A DNA stretch of 64,000 bases from an uncultured cyanobacterium (GCA_963744145.1 CAVUSO010000001.1:1472001-1536000); one strand, 5' to 3'; shown: positions 40,176 to 51,607, counted from the stretch's first letter. Notes: generated by a model not told the origin, from the letters alone. Made by a program: numbers and translations.

Positions 40176-41609
40176 TTAACTATTTGCTAAAGCCGTTAAA
40201 TTCAAGCTATTTAAAATACTAGATTTAATTGGGCGTTTGTCATCCCAAAAAATTAGTGATGAATAGAAATTGATTGCTGATGGTAAATTTAACAGCGAGA
40301 ATGTACGAGATGCAATTTGTTCATCATCAAAACTGAGAAAATAAACAGTATCATCAAAAACAGTGGGTTTGTCATTTATTTTCCCTACCAATCTGAATTC
40401 TAACTTTTTATAAAGCCCACAAATTGCTATTTTCCAAGTTGCGAAAGTGTATGCACCAACTCCAAAAATAGAAAAACGAGGATTATTCTGATATATTTTA
40501 CTTTTCCGATGATCTAGGTATTTTGCGTGATCCTCTAGATAAGTCCAAGTTTTAGGAGCAAATTTCTGGATATTTTCAGTAGATTGACCAATGAACTTTT
40601 GAGTAACTAAAACATATCGCTCCGTCACCATAATTCGATTTTGAGCTACATCAGAACCTTTGATTAAAGGAAACAAATAAGTATCTTCAATTTCGACTAT
40701 TTCTCCTAGTCCATTGACAAAATGATTACCATTCTTATAAAGTTCCATTATATTTGAACAATCATGTTTTATCCCAGAACGCCATTTTAACCCAGCAGTT
40801 GGCTCGTATAATTTGTTGAGTTTGTCAAAGCAATCTACATCTCTGACAAGAATACTATTTCGATATGCTATTCGATGATAGTTGGAATTTTCCAAGTCAC
40901 TAAATACATCACAGAAGTATTTGGGTGGGCTTGAATCAAATTGACAAACTAATAAACAAGAGTCAACCGTTGCATTAAAATATTTTTTTGCATCTATTTT
41001 ATAAGTTGCACAATTAGAAATTTTCAGCTTTTTAGAGTACAAATAGCTCAGTAACTTTCTCGCAACCGAAGTTTTACAAAGCATCGCAAGAGAAGCATCA
41101 CGGTTTTGGAACCAATGAACAACCTGAATTAACATCCACTCAGAAATATCGAAGTTACTTTTTCCAGCGATCGCATCAAAACCATGATAATTTTGAAAGT
41201 TATTTTTTTTAGGTAAATTAACACCCCCAATTGTACCTTGCTGTGAATTAGTTACCCAAGGAAAATTTCCTAGGACTAATATTTTTCCATCTAAAGAGTT
41301 TACTAATGACCACCAATCAAAACTAAAAAAGTTTCCCTGCTTAATCTCAATTCTTTGATCCTTTAAAATTATCTTTTTTTCAAATTCTTGTAAATAATAA
41401 GAATTAAGTTCTACTCCAATAATTTTATGAACTGAGGGGAAACAGAGTGCAGCAGTTTCAAGAAAGTTACCTACTCCACAGGTTGGGTCTAATATCACAT
41501 CAGGATTTATCCTAAGTTCTACTAATTTTTGGCATACCATCTTAGCTAGTTCTAATGGTGTCTGAAAATCTCCGTATTCTACTTTATTTTTGCGAATAGT
41601 ACGAATCAT
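40176..41609 (-). CDS. SAM-dependent amino (N6A/N4C) DNA methyltransferase
   Basis: YGDFQTP, motif I LDPTCGVGNF, motif IV variant GNFPW; overlaps the upstream nuclease gene. Confidence 0.85.
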   Translation of the reverse strand: MIRTIRKNKVEYGDFQTPLELAKMVCQKLVELRINPDVILDPTCGVGNFLETAALCFPSVHKIIGVELNSYYLQEFEKKIILKDQRIEIKQGNFFSFDWWSLVNSLDGKILVLGNFPWVTNSQQGTIGGVNLPKKNNFQNYHGFDAIAGKSNFDISEWMLIQVVHWFQNRDASLAMLCKTSVARKLLSYLYSKKLKISNCATYKIDAKKYFNATVDSCLLVCQFDSSPPKYFCDVFSDLENSNYHRIAYRNSILVRDVDCFDKLNKLYEPTAGLKWRSGIKHDCSNIMELYKNGNHFVNGLGEIVEIEDTYLFPLIKGSDVAQNRIMVTERYVLVTQKFIGQSTENIQKFAPKTWTYLEDHAKYLDHRKSKIYQNNPRFSIFGVGAYTFATWKIAICGLYKKLEFRLVGKINDKPTVFDDTVYFLSFDDEQIASRTFSLLNLPSAINFYSSLIFWDDKRPIKSSILNSLNLTALANS

Positions 41610-42268
41610 AAATTAGCTCTGTAAACAGCAATTATCCCTTCTTCTTGACCAGCACGTTCGATTACTCTTCTATACTGAAGTCTCCATTGCAAAGCATTAG
41701 AAATAGTCAAAAATCCTTGGATCGGAGGATTACTGAGGATTTCATCTGCAATATTAGTTGCCTCAATTTCATCAACAGGTAAATTTCTGTCAAACATAAA
41801 AGCAATTAAATCATCCTGATTACCTTGATTTTCTAAAATATTACGAATTCCACAAGTCATCTGAAAATCTGCTGTTCTCTCGGCACTAACATAGATTGTA
41901 TGCAAAATATTTAGAGTGGCAGTTTGATGAGCAGTATTGTCTGTTTTTTCGTAAACAAAAATCAGCAACGAATAACCAAGTCCAAAAATCTTTTGTCGTG
42001 CAGATTTAAAAGGACATGATGATTGCGGTTGTTTAATACTTGTTACTTTAACATCAACAAGTAGTTCTGGAAAATCTATCCCACTAGCTGAATTCCCTTC
42101 TATAAATTCATACCGATCATTGAGATAAAGTCTGAATTTTTGTTCCAAATAAGTACCCACAGCTTTACCGTCTGTGATCCCGTAAAGTGAGGGTTCTTGG
42201 TGTCGAGACTCGACGACTGAGAATAGCGCTGCTTCAGAACATAAGGTTTTTATAGTTAGGATTGGCAT
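41606..42268 (-). CDS. putative type II restriction endonuclease
   Basis: GIDFP...VDVKVTS resembles a PD-(D/E)xK core; ATGA-coupled to the methyltransferase. Confidence 0.75.
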   Translation of the reverse strand: MPILTIKTLCSEAALFSVVESRHQEPSLYGITDGKAVGTYLEQKFRLYLNDRYEFIEGNSASGIDFPELLVDVKVTSIKQPQSSCPFKSARQKIFGLGYSLLIFVYEKTDNTAHQTATLNILHTIYVSAERTADFQMTCGIRNILENQGNQDDLIAFMFDRNLPVDEIEATNIADEILSNPPIQGFLTISNALQWRLQYRRVIERAGQEEGIIAVYRANL

Positions 42269-42443
42269 ATTTCAGTTAAAAATCATGTCAAAGGTGTGAG
42301 TTCAGTTTAAGAACTACTCGCACTGTTACTTGTCTCTATCTAGAATAGCGATGTTTCGACTACGCGAACCATACATAAGTCGCTAGTATTATTTCTCCAA
42401 GGTAAATTATGGCGATCGTCTAATTTGCTGTAAATTGGGGCTT

Positions 42444-43043
42444 TTATTCCCTCAGTTGTAACACATTTTTGTTAGTAGGATCAATCAGATTGTGGCGTTT
42501 TTCATAAAGATTTTTAGTAAAACTTACATCTTGTAAACAATAATCAATAACAGTGCCAATTTTTCCTCTTTGCCATAGTTCCGGAGCCATAGCACCAGTG
42601 ATCTTTTTACCATATCCCAGATTTACTTCAGCTAGTTTCCCCAGAGAATAACCGCGACGGGTAACATCTTTAGTATATGCCCGTGGCATTCCAGCAGCTA
42701 CCCACACTTCACACTGTAGATCATAGGTGGTTTTGATCTTAATTCCATTGATTGCACAGAGGCGATCGTCAAAATGGATACTATTAAAGCCAATTACTTC
42801 CTCTGATTTGTCTATCAGTATTTGAAAATCAGCTAAATTATCACTGAGGAAAACGTGACTGCTATCAGTAGCAAAATCATAAGCACAAATGCAGCTAATT
42901 CCCATGTTCTCAAAATCATCCCATCCAGCACAATAATCTAATGTGGGATCAGCAGCTACACCCGGAACTGGCATAGCACGGATAATTTCGCAGTCGTAAA
43001 CAATAGCATTTTTGGGTATTTGTGGGGGATCAATTGTTGGCAT
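42444..43043 (-). CDS. DEDD/RNase H-like 3'-5' exonuclease domain protein
   Basis: ExoI VYDCE, ExoII GFNSIHFD, ExoIII DYCLQDV. Confidence 0.8.
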   Translation of the reverse strand: MPTIDPPQIPKNAIVYDCEIIRAMPVPGVAADPTLDYCAGWDDFENMGISCICAYDFATDSSHVFLSDNLADFQILIDKSEEVIGFNSIHFDDRLCAINGIKIKTTYDLQCEVWVAAGMPRAYTKDVTRRGYSLGKLAEVNLGYGKKITGAMAPELWQRGKIGTVIDYCLQDVSFTKNLYEKRHNLIDPTNKNVLQLRE

Positions 43044-44342
43044 GGGATAAATTATTTGTGGATAGCATTAGTCAAGCATCAAATTATATTTTAATCGCGA
43101 TCGTCACGCGCTCCAAGTCTTTTGAGAGTAGCTATAGTTGCCTCATTTAATCCTGTAACTCCAGTAATATTCATCCCATTGTATGGTTTTTTTGCAATCA
43201 GCTCTCTGATCAATTTACCTGTCTGGACATCCCACAATTTAATCGTCTCATCTTGACTACCATTAGCCAAAATTTTCCCATCAGGATGGAAAGAAACTGA
43301 CCGTACTTCACCCTCATGTTTCAAAGTATGAAGCAGTTCATTTGTCTTCGGTTGTGTTAAAGTTTGGTCAGATTGAATTAATGTAATATCCCACAGCTTG
43401 ACTGTTTGATCTTCACTAGCACTAGCAACAGTATGACCATCAGGACTATAGGCAATTTTCCAGATAGGAGCTTGATGGTTTTGGGATGGATCGGATGCAG
43501 ATAAAGTCTTTAGGCAATTACCTGTATTAATATCCCATAGCTTCAAAGTCTTATCATCACTAGCACTGACTAAGAGATTATCACTAATCGGACTAAACGC
43601 AACAAAACGCACATAATGTTGATGTCCTACCAAAATTTTGGTACATTCGCCTGTAGCGACATCCCATAATCTGATTGTCCTGTCATCACTGCTAGTAGCA
43701 AGCATTTTACCATCTCGGCTGAAAACTGCTGACCTGACTGCCTGTGTATGCCCTGTTAAAGTTTTTGCACATTTCCAATCACTAACATTCCATAACTTTA
43801 CCGTCGTATCTCCACTAGCACTAGCCAGAAATTGACCATCAGGACTAAACCTCACTGACCATACCCAACCTTGATGTTCCTCCAAAGGCTTGCTTAGTTT
43901 TCTATCAGTTTTAGCATTCCAGAGACTAATAATGTTATCACCACCCCCACAAGCAAGAATTTGACCATCAGGGCTGAACGCTAGAGACCATGCCCAATTT
44001 GTATGCACCTTTTCTGTTTCACTTTCTGTAGGTGGATCAGTAGTCAAATTCCATAATCTGATAATTTGGTCATCACTACCACTAGCGAGGGTATTACCAT
44101 CAGGACTAAATGCAACTGCACAGATCCCATAGGTTAGTCCCTGTAAAACTTTCAGGGGTGTACCATCCTTAAAATCCCACAATCTGATTGTTTGATCATT
44201 ACTACCACTTACAAGAATATTAGTATTTGGATCGGGAGTGAAAGCTAATGTATTAACGCGAGTCTTATGACCTTGCAAAGTTTTCAAAGCTTGACCCGTT
44301 TGTACATCCCATACCCTCAAATTTTTATCATCACTGCTACTA

Positions 44343-45922
44343 AGTAGTCGGACATAAATAAAGTTAACTATGTTAACTTTATTTAAGAGTAAATTTGACC
44401 CACAAATTTACCAGAGAAAAGCATATAAAAGTATTCCCTCCGTCCAACTGAATAGGTTTCACTAGAGAGTAAGAAAACTGCATTTCCAGATTTTCTATTA
44501 ACTATAAATATGGTCAGTTTTGCCTCAGCCTCTCATTAAACAATTAATGGAATTTTTCCGGTTGACTAGAACTAGAATAAACCCGATTAGGATTTTTGTT
44601 CATCCTGGCTAGGCTGACCACCAAATCTAAATCTTTTTACTTCTAAGCCCTTACTAGTTTGACGAGCTTCGATTGCTGCTCTTACCGCGATGGTTAATTC
44701 ATATTCATTCTCAAACATTTGACCAGCTAATTCATCTTCTTTGATTCTTTCCCACTCCGTTTCAATCAGATTTAATTCGGGAGAGTAACTGGATAATAGG
44801 AATATATATAATCCTTGTTTTTCCCATTGATCATAGTTGCTCTTCGTCAATTTACTTACGTGAACGGAATATTGGTCTTGGACAATTACAGTTATTTTGC
44901 CCGTTTCTTTCAATCTAGTTTCCGCTTGCGCGGCTTGCCAATCCATTAATTTGATATAATTCTTACTGTCAAAACTCTTAAAACTTAATCCATATTCAAA
45001 GCTTTCTCCCACGGCCAAAAATCCACATATATTTAATCTTTTCCCTTTCTTTTTAGGCTGTTTGATCTGTTTCTGTTGGCCGATTTTCCCCCAGGTATAT
45101 ACAGGTTCAGCCCACAGGCTAAATCCTGATTCATCCAAATATTTTAAACATATTTCACCCGCGGCTGCCGCGAATTCCAACATCTCTAAATCATTTCTTT
45201 TAGTTGCTCTTTTTTCCTGGTCTTGCTTTCCTTTTAGAGATGTTCTCGTTCTTTTCCACCGATAGTTTTTTTTGAGGATTCGACGCAACTGTCTTTGGCT
45301 CAGTTTTACTTGCCTTTCCTGGGCTAGATATTTCACTAACTGACGACTATTATAAGCTCGTTCCTCTGTCTCTAGTTTTTTTTCAATTTCTGCCAAATCT
45401 GCCTGACTCCATTTTCTTTTCCTGCCCGGACGAGGCGCATCCCATAATCCTGCTAATCCCTGTTTTTCCCAACGATGTATTGTGGCTCTCACTGTCTTAA
45501 TTGACCAGTTCAGATACTTGCCGATCTGTTCCACTTTCCATCCCATTGATGATAATCTCAAGTTCGCAGCCCAATCTCTTGTTCTTAGTGGAACTCCCTC
45601 GGCTCTATTTAATTCCCATAAGGTTTGATTTTCCGCAGATGTTAAAAATATTCTCAAAGGAGGAGATGACATTTTCTTCAAACTTTTAAGTTAGCTCTAT
45701 AATTATTTCACAATCAGGGTGTTTTTTTTGAAGCTAAAATCGACCTCACTTATCCCCTTAATTACCAAAATAAGTCTAATTTTTTGCTCCCATTGTCCAG
45801 CCACTTCTTTGGCCAATCTTCCCCAGATTGGACTAATTTTTCGATGACTTTGTCCAGCTTATTGCTTGACCCATACGTTTTACAAAAGTTAATACAGTAC
45901 CTATTACTTTTGTCCGACTACT
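44343..45922 (-). mobile_element. IS630-family insertion sequence
   Basis: TIRs AGTAGTCGGACA / TGTCCGACTACT; TA duplicated at 44341-44342 and 45923-45924; removing it restores the WD40 frame KTIA-SSSDDK. Confidence 0.93.
44587..45681 (-). CDS. IS630-family transposase
   Basis: N-terminal HTH (DAPRPGR); DDE motifs YLDESGF, VQDQYSVH, SPELNLIE. Confidence 0.92.
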   Translation of the reverse strand: MKKMSSPPLRIFLTSAENQTLWELNRAEGVPLRTRDWAANLRLSSMGWKVEQIGKYLNWSIKTVRATIHRWEKQGLAGLWDAPRPGRKRKWSQADLAEIEKKLETEERAYNSRQLVKYLAQERQVKLSQRQLRRILKKNYRWKRTRTSLKGKQDQEKRATKRNDLEMLEFAAAAGEICLKYLDESGFSLWAEPVYTWGKIGQQKQIKQPKKKGKRLNICGFLAVGESFEYGLSFKSFDSKNYIKLMDWQAAQAETRLKETGKITVIVQDQYSVHVSKLTKSNYDQWEKQGLYIFLLSSYSPELNLIETEWERIKEDELAGQMFENEYELTIAVRAAIEARQTSKGLEVKRFRFGGQPSQDEQKS

Positions 45923-48732
45923 TAGCAATAGTTTTCCCATCAGCACTAAAAGCTACCGAGAAAACTGGATCTGAATGTCCCGATAAACTCCGTAAGCATT
46001 TCCCTGTATCGACATCCCACAGTTTCACCATTTTATCATTACTACCACTCGCAAGTATTTTACCATCTGGACTGAATGCAACTGACCTTACTTGTTCGGT
46101 ATGTCCATCGATAGTTTTGAGACATTTTTCAGTCTCAACATCCCATAACTTCACCAATTTGTCTTCGCTACCAGTCGACCAAACGTTTACCATCTGGATG
46201 GAAGACAACAGACCGTACTGCTTTACCAGGTTCATCAGTTACCTTCAAAGTCTTTAAGCATTCACCTGTATTGACTGACCATAACATTACATTTTGGTCT
46301 GCACTTCCACTCGCTAAAATTTCACTGTCAGCACTGAAAACCACTGATCTGACTTGGTTAGTATGTCCTGACAAAGTTTTATGACTTTCAAATAAATTAC
46401 TATTAGATGACTTTCTATATAAACGCACCTTTAGGTCAGTACAAGCACTAGCTAAAAATTCACCATTAGGACTAAAAGCAACAGACCAGACCCACTGAGG
46501 ATGTTTAATCACCTGAATTTCTTTACCATCAGGCATTTCCCATAAACGGAGTTCATGCTTAGAATCACCTGTCGCGAAAATTTTTCCATCGGAGCTAAAA
46601 GCAACTGATAATATATTGCCAATAGTTTCAGCAAAAACCGAATTTTGAAAATCAGCGTTAGCAAAATTTACATCATATAGTTTAGCATTCCTTAGATCGG
46701 CTTGCCAAACAGGCAAATTAGAGAAATCATATCCGTTTAAATCAGACTTTAAATAGCCAAGCAAGTTAAGGATGTTTCCTGCTGCATATCCCTTTGCTCC
46801 TGGTAATTTTCGGAGATTTGATAGAATCTGCTTTAGCTGATTTTCCACATTTATTTCTTCAGTAAGTTTACTTACTGGGTCTAGTATGAGACGTATTTGA
46901 AAATCTCTCACATAATCTTTTGCTTGAGCTTTAATCAAAGCATGAGTCTTAAAAATTTTAATCTTATCAGTTTTAATTTCTTCACATATTATCTCAACTA
47001 ATTGCTTGGTCATATACTCCATAATTACAGGCTGTAATGAAAAACGAGTTCCAGCCTTCTCAAGTGGTAAGCGTCGTTCTAGCGATTCGATCGTGTCCGG
47101 TATTTCTTGTTGATTTTTAGAGAAGAGTGTATCTGTCTTTAATTCAGAGAGTAAACAATACTCACGATTAATTGCTAACCAGTACATAATCTCTTTTTCT
47201 GACTCATTCAAACGTTCTTCAAAATACCACTTTAACAAATCTTCAATACTGCGAATAGTTCTATTATGTTGTTGTAAAAAAGCCCTAATATTACCATTAT
47301 AAATGGCTTTAATATGTTTGGCGACAAGTTCTAATGCTAATGGATTGCCATCATAATCTGTAATGATTTGGTTCCAGTCATTCTCTGAGCCGTCAAAGCT
47401 TCCTATAGCGGTAAAAATTTTTTGTCCGTCTAACAACTTCAGTCCTGACAATGGTAGTACACGAACTGATCCTGTTGGGCTTTCCAGCACTTCAATATCT
47501 TGAGGTTTTTCACGACTTGTTAATAATAAACAACTTTTATGAGATTCTTTCCCTACTCGCTCCAGCAACTGACCATACCCTTCATATCCACTTCGGTATT
47601 GCCCAGATATTTCACCACCTTGTAAAATTGATTCTGCATTATCTAATATCACTAGACAGCGACGCGATCTTAAAGAGTCAAGCAAGAGTGATATTTGTTG
47701 CTCTGGCTTGTTTGGTAAATCAATTTTCTTGTTATCAGAAAGAAATTGGATCAGGTCTCTCAAAATTTCTTCTAACCGTGGAGCATTTAATAGCGATCGC
47801 CATATTAAATATTGAAAGTTGTCTTTAATATGTTTGGCTAATTTCAGGGAGAGATCCGTTTTACCTATCCCACCCAAGACTAGATTTGTTTTACCTATCC
47901 CACGCATCCCTATAATCGCCACCAGTTTGCATTTATCTTTAATAATCCATTGTTCTAAATCCTCTAGTTCTTTAGTGCGTCCATAGAAAACGGGTACATC
48001 AGGCGCATCGTCCAAGTTTTGATGGCATATATTGTTCTCGTTTTTTACTCCATAAATTAATTTAATAGCCACAATCTAACCAAATTACTTGTTGTTTAAC
48101 TTCACTTTCTAGTAAGATATCTTGCAGCCATGATAAAGAAACACCATATACTTCTTTTCTAGGACAAGCCTCGCTAGTAGCTAAAAATCCTTCTTTTAAT
48201 CCTCGTGGTTCTCGCAAACCGTGTCCAGCAAAAAATAGCAGGGCTGTATCAGGGCAATTTTTTTCTCCGATCGCGAACAGTTTGATGATTGCTTCTTTTA
48301 GCTCTGGTGCTGTAACATTTCCTTTGGGATCGATTTTGAATGTTCCGTCCGGGATAGTAGGAATCTGATGGACTACTGAAAAGTGGCCATAATTTTTTAG
48401 TAGATCAGCGATCGCTTCTGCATCAGATGCTGGTTTGTCTAAATTGTTTAGGAAAGGATATCGATTGATGCCCACGACCAGTGCTTGACGGTTCATCTTA
48501 CTTGCCTCAACACGCTTATGACCTAGTATGATAGCACTTATGAGATATTTTAACCATATTTGCCAATACAAGTTAACACAGGACGCTAGTATAGAACAGC
48601 AAGGAAAACAAGAAACAGAATTGCTAATGTCCAAATTTTCTCAGGAGTAGCGATCGCGACTCTATAAATAAACCAAGTGCTAAATTATGATAAAATATTA
48701 CTATACGTGCAGTTAATGCCACTCACAAGACT

Positions 48733-49767
48733 ATGCCCGCATTCTATTTTAGCCAAATCGATACAGAAGCAGAAGCCTATCTTTTAGGTCGTATTGCTAG
48801 CGATACCAGCGTCATTACCAAAGACTCGCTCATCATCCAATTTCACCCAAATGAAAAAGAGCTGATCGAAAAAATCAGCTACAAGCTAAAAATTACCTTA
48901 AGTCCCAGAGCGTTAACAATTACTTCTCCAGAAATATTACAAAATATCTGCAAAATTCTCGATATAGAACCCGAAACCAAATCTACAGATGTTAACTTTC
49001 CTTCCTTAGATTTAGAGGAATTAACATGGGCATTTATTAGAGGTTATTTTGATGGTAATGGTGAAATATCTAGGGTTGATAATAATCGCTCACCTCACTG
49101 TAAAATAGTCACAAATTCAATCAAAATAATAGCTGGAATTAGAGATTTCTGTAAGATTAAATCTAGGGAAACTAATGAAGGATTAGTATGGGATGATAAT
49201 AATGCCCTCGATTTCTTAGGAAAACTCTACGAAAATGCCAAAATTTACTTTCCTAGAAATCGCGAGTTATATTTAGATTGGGCTTCTTGGGTTCCTGCTC
49301 TTTCCGGATCTAACAATTATGGTAGACTCAAAAGTTTCCGATGGACAAAAAGTCACCCAAAAGCGTTCCCCCCTTTCAAACAAAGAGTTTCAGACTCTGG
49401 TTTTGATTTAACGTTAATTGATATTGTCGAACAAATTGGTAATGTGCAAGTTTACGATACTGGGATCAAAGTTCAACCGGAATATGGATGGTATTTCATT
49501 ATTGCTCCCCGTAGTTCCCTATTCAAAAAAGGATATATCCCAGCAATTACTACTGGAATTATCGATCGCACTTATGTCGGTTCTATCAAAGTACCCTTAA
49601 TAAAATTTGACCAGAATGCTCCTGATTTAGAATTGCCCTATCGTGCTATGCAAATCATTCCTACACCCATAGTTCATGTTGATCTTGTAGAAGTTGATGA
49701 TTTGGAAGAAACTAACAGAGGAACTGGTGGTTTGGGTTCGAGTGGTGATGCAATTTATCCCAAATGA
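48733..49767 (+). CDS. LAGLIDADG-like domain fused to a trimeric-type dUTPase
   Basis: AYLLGRIASD and AFIRGYFDGNG helices; dUTPase motifs I SGFDL, II PRSS, III GIIDRTYVG, IV AMQII, V RGTGGLGSSG. Confidence 0.85.
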   Translation: MPAFYFSQIDTEAEAYLLGRIASDTSVITKDSLIIQFHPNEKELIEKISYKLKITLSPRALTITSPEILQNICKILDIEPETKSTDVNFPSLDLEELTWAFIRGYFDGNGEISRVDNNRSPHCKIVTNSIKIIAGIRDFCKIKSRETNEGLVWDDNNALDFLGKLYENAKIYFPRNRELYLDWASWVPALSGSNNYGRLKSFRWTKSHPKAFPPFKQRVSDSGFDLTLIDIVEQIGNVQVYDTGIKVQPEYGWYFIIAPRSSLFKKGYIPAITTGIIDRTYVGSIKVPLIKFDQNAPDLELPYRAMQIIPTPIVHVDLVEVDDLEETNRGTGGLGSSGDAIYPK

Positions 49768-49818
49768 TTTGAAAAATTTATTTTAGTCTGTTCATTTTCG
49801 ACTTGCAACTAAACAGAT

Positions 49819-50241
49819 TTATGTTATTGGTGGATGCCAACCAGCCTTAACCCAATTGCGACGTACAGTTACGGCTAAACTATTATTTAGTTTTAGAGCT
49901 ATAACTGTTGCTCGACCACAAGCCGTTATTCCCATAATTATTGTACCATCTTCAGTCCAAGCAAAATGTTCTTGCCACTTTTGTTGACGAGGATTAAATA
50001 TCTGTACTCTTACCCCATTTTCAGGATCTAATTCTTCTGTTTTTGTCCACTTATATTGATTGCACAACTCACAAGACAAACAGAGATTATCTGACCTATC
50101 GTCTCCTCCCTTAGCAAGAGGATAAATATGGTCAATCTGAAGTCAACCCATAATATAGTCTTGATGACTTAAGCAGTATTCACATCTATTTCCTGCGCGT
50201 TGTGTGACTAATGTGCGTAAGTTTTCAGAAAAGTTGCTCAT
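49819..50241 (-). pseudogene. HNH endonuclease with an in-frame TGA
   Basis: From ATG 50241: RAGNRCEYC...IMG*LQIDHIYP..GG...NLCLSCELCNQYK; stop at 50143-50145. Confidence 0.85.
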
Positions 50242-50654
50242 GGGTGCAAAGGAGAACGTAAACCTCGTTTTACTGCTTCAGCCAAAGCTTCTGATTTACG
50301 CAGTTGACCCAGTTGATAAATGGAAATTAAAGTTAGCAGTTCGTCCCTTTCTGCTTGGGTGAGTTCAGTAGTTTTCCCTTTTTCTTGCAGTTTTCTTAGT
50401 CGTTGATTAGACATCGAATCCATTTTAGCATCGGCTAAAGCAACTACTTGAGGATCAGAAAGATTAGCTACTACTGGATATAAGTTACTATCTGCTAGAG
50501 TTTCCAGGGTTGGTAATAACACCTCTAAAATATCGAGAATGATAGTTGATACATCTGCTTGGGTTGATTCTCCCAGTTGTTTCGCTGATTTGACTAGGTT
50601 GTCTGATAAGTTAAGTTTAATTTCCATACCCATCATTATCTTAGGTGTATTCAC
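50238..50654 (-). CDS. hypothetical protein, probable partner (antitoxin-like) of the HNH gene
   Basis: ATGA overlap with the HNH start; QLRKSEALAEAVKRG C-terminus. Confidence 0.65.
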   Translation of the reverse strand: MNTPKIMMGMEIKLNLSDNLVKSAKQLGESTQADVSTIILDILEVLLPTLETLADSNLYPVVANLSDPQVVALADAKMDSMSNQRLRKLQEKGKTTELTQAERDELLTLISIYQLGQLRKSEALAEAVKRGLRSPLHP

Positions 50655-50863
50655 AGGTTATTATAGTTGATGTACTCCTATCTTACAGATGCGATCGCAA
50701 TTCAAGTTAGTAGCGAAAAGCCTTCCTTCACATAAATTTTCCTTCAACAACGATTAAACCATTACGCGATCGCCGATCAAATTGTGTTTGAGTCAGTCAA
50801 GAATTGATAGAATAGGGATAGTTAATCATCAACTTAGCCCCCCAACAGCTTAGGAGTAGTAGC

Positions 50864-51607
50864 ATGGTCCAACAACTCCAACCAGAAATTATTTACCCAG
50901 AGAGCGACGGTCAACCGATGGCTGATAATACTGAACAATTTAACTGGATTGTGATTATTAAGGAGAATTTAGAAAGATTATTTGCTGGGATAGCTAATGT
51001 ATTTATCGCGGGTAATCTGCTCTGGTATCCAGTTCAGGGAAGTTCACAATCAGCAGCGCCCGATGTGATGGTCATCTTTGGGAGACCAAAAGGTAAACGG
51101 GGTTCCTATCAACAATGGCTCGAAGAAAATATTCACCCTCAAGTAGTATTTGAAATTTTGTCTCCTAGCAATAACGCTACCGAAATGTTGAATAAATTCC
51201 TATTCTATCAACAATATGGGGTGGAAGAATATTACATTTATTATCCCCAACGAGTGGAATTGAGTGGCTTTTTGCGTCGAGGAGAAATCTTAGAAGCGAT
51301 CGACCAGATCCAAGGATGGGTTAGTCCCAGATTAGGAATCAGATTTGAACTCAAACCAGACACTTTGGAGATTTATCGTCCCGATGGAGAGAAGTTTCTC
51401 ACCTCGATCGAACTCGATCAACTCACTCAACAAGAGCGTCAACGTGCCCAACAAGAACATCAACGTGCTGAACAAGAACATCAACGTGCCCAACAAGCTA
51501 TAACCCAGCTTGAGCAAGCTATGACCCAGCTTGAGCAAGAAAGACAGAATTATCAAGCTTTACTAGCACTATTGCAAGCCAAGGGGATTGATTTAGAACA
51601 ATTATAG
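50864..51607 (+). CDS. Uma2-family putative endonuclease, copy 3
   Basis: Near-identical to the other copies; YDP changed to YYP. Confidence 0.92.
   Translation: MVQQLQPEIIYPESDGQPMADNTEQFNWIVIIKENLERLFAGIANVFIAGNLLWYPVQGSSQSAAPDVMVIFGRPKGKRGSYQQWLEENIHPQVVFEILSPSNNATEMLNKFLFYQQYGVEEYYIYYPQRVELSGFLRRGEILEAIDQIQGWVSPRLGIRFELKPDTLEIYRPDGEKFLTSIELDQLTQQERQRAQQEHQRAEQEHQRAQQAITQLEQAMTQLEQERQNYQALLALLQAKGIDLEQL

Larger units (their letters stand above)
43091..48496 (-). pseudogene. disrupted caspase-like + NB-ARC (STAND) + WD40 protein
   Basis: Caspase half 48062..48496 (FAGHG, WLDC) ends prematurely; NB-ARC (FYGR, GMRGIGKT, LVILDN, GNPLAL) and WD40s in 46168..48072; +1 frameshift at ~46176; IS630 at 44343-45922; WD40 tail to 43091. 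Confidence 0.85.

Noticed and set aside
48733..49767. Intein or group I intron homing endonuclease inside dut
   Set aside because: The LAGLIDADG part is N-terminal rather than inserted, no intein splice residues are evident, and the frame is continuous.
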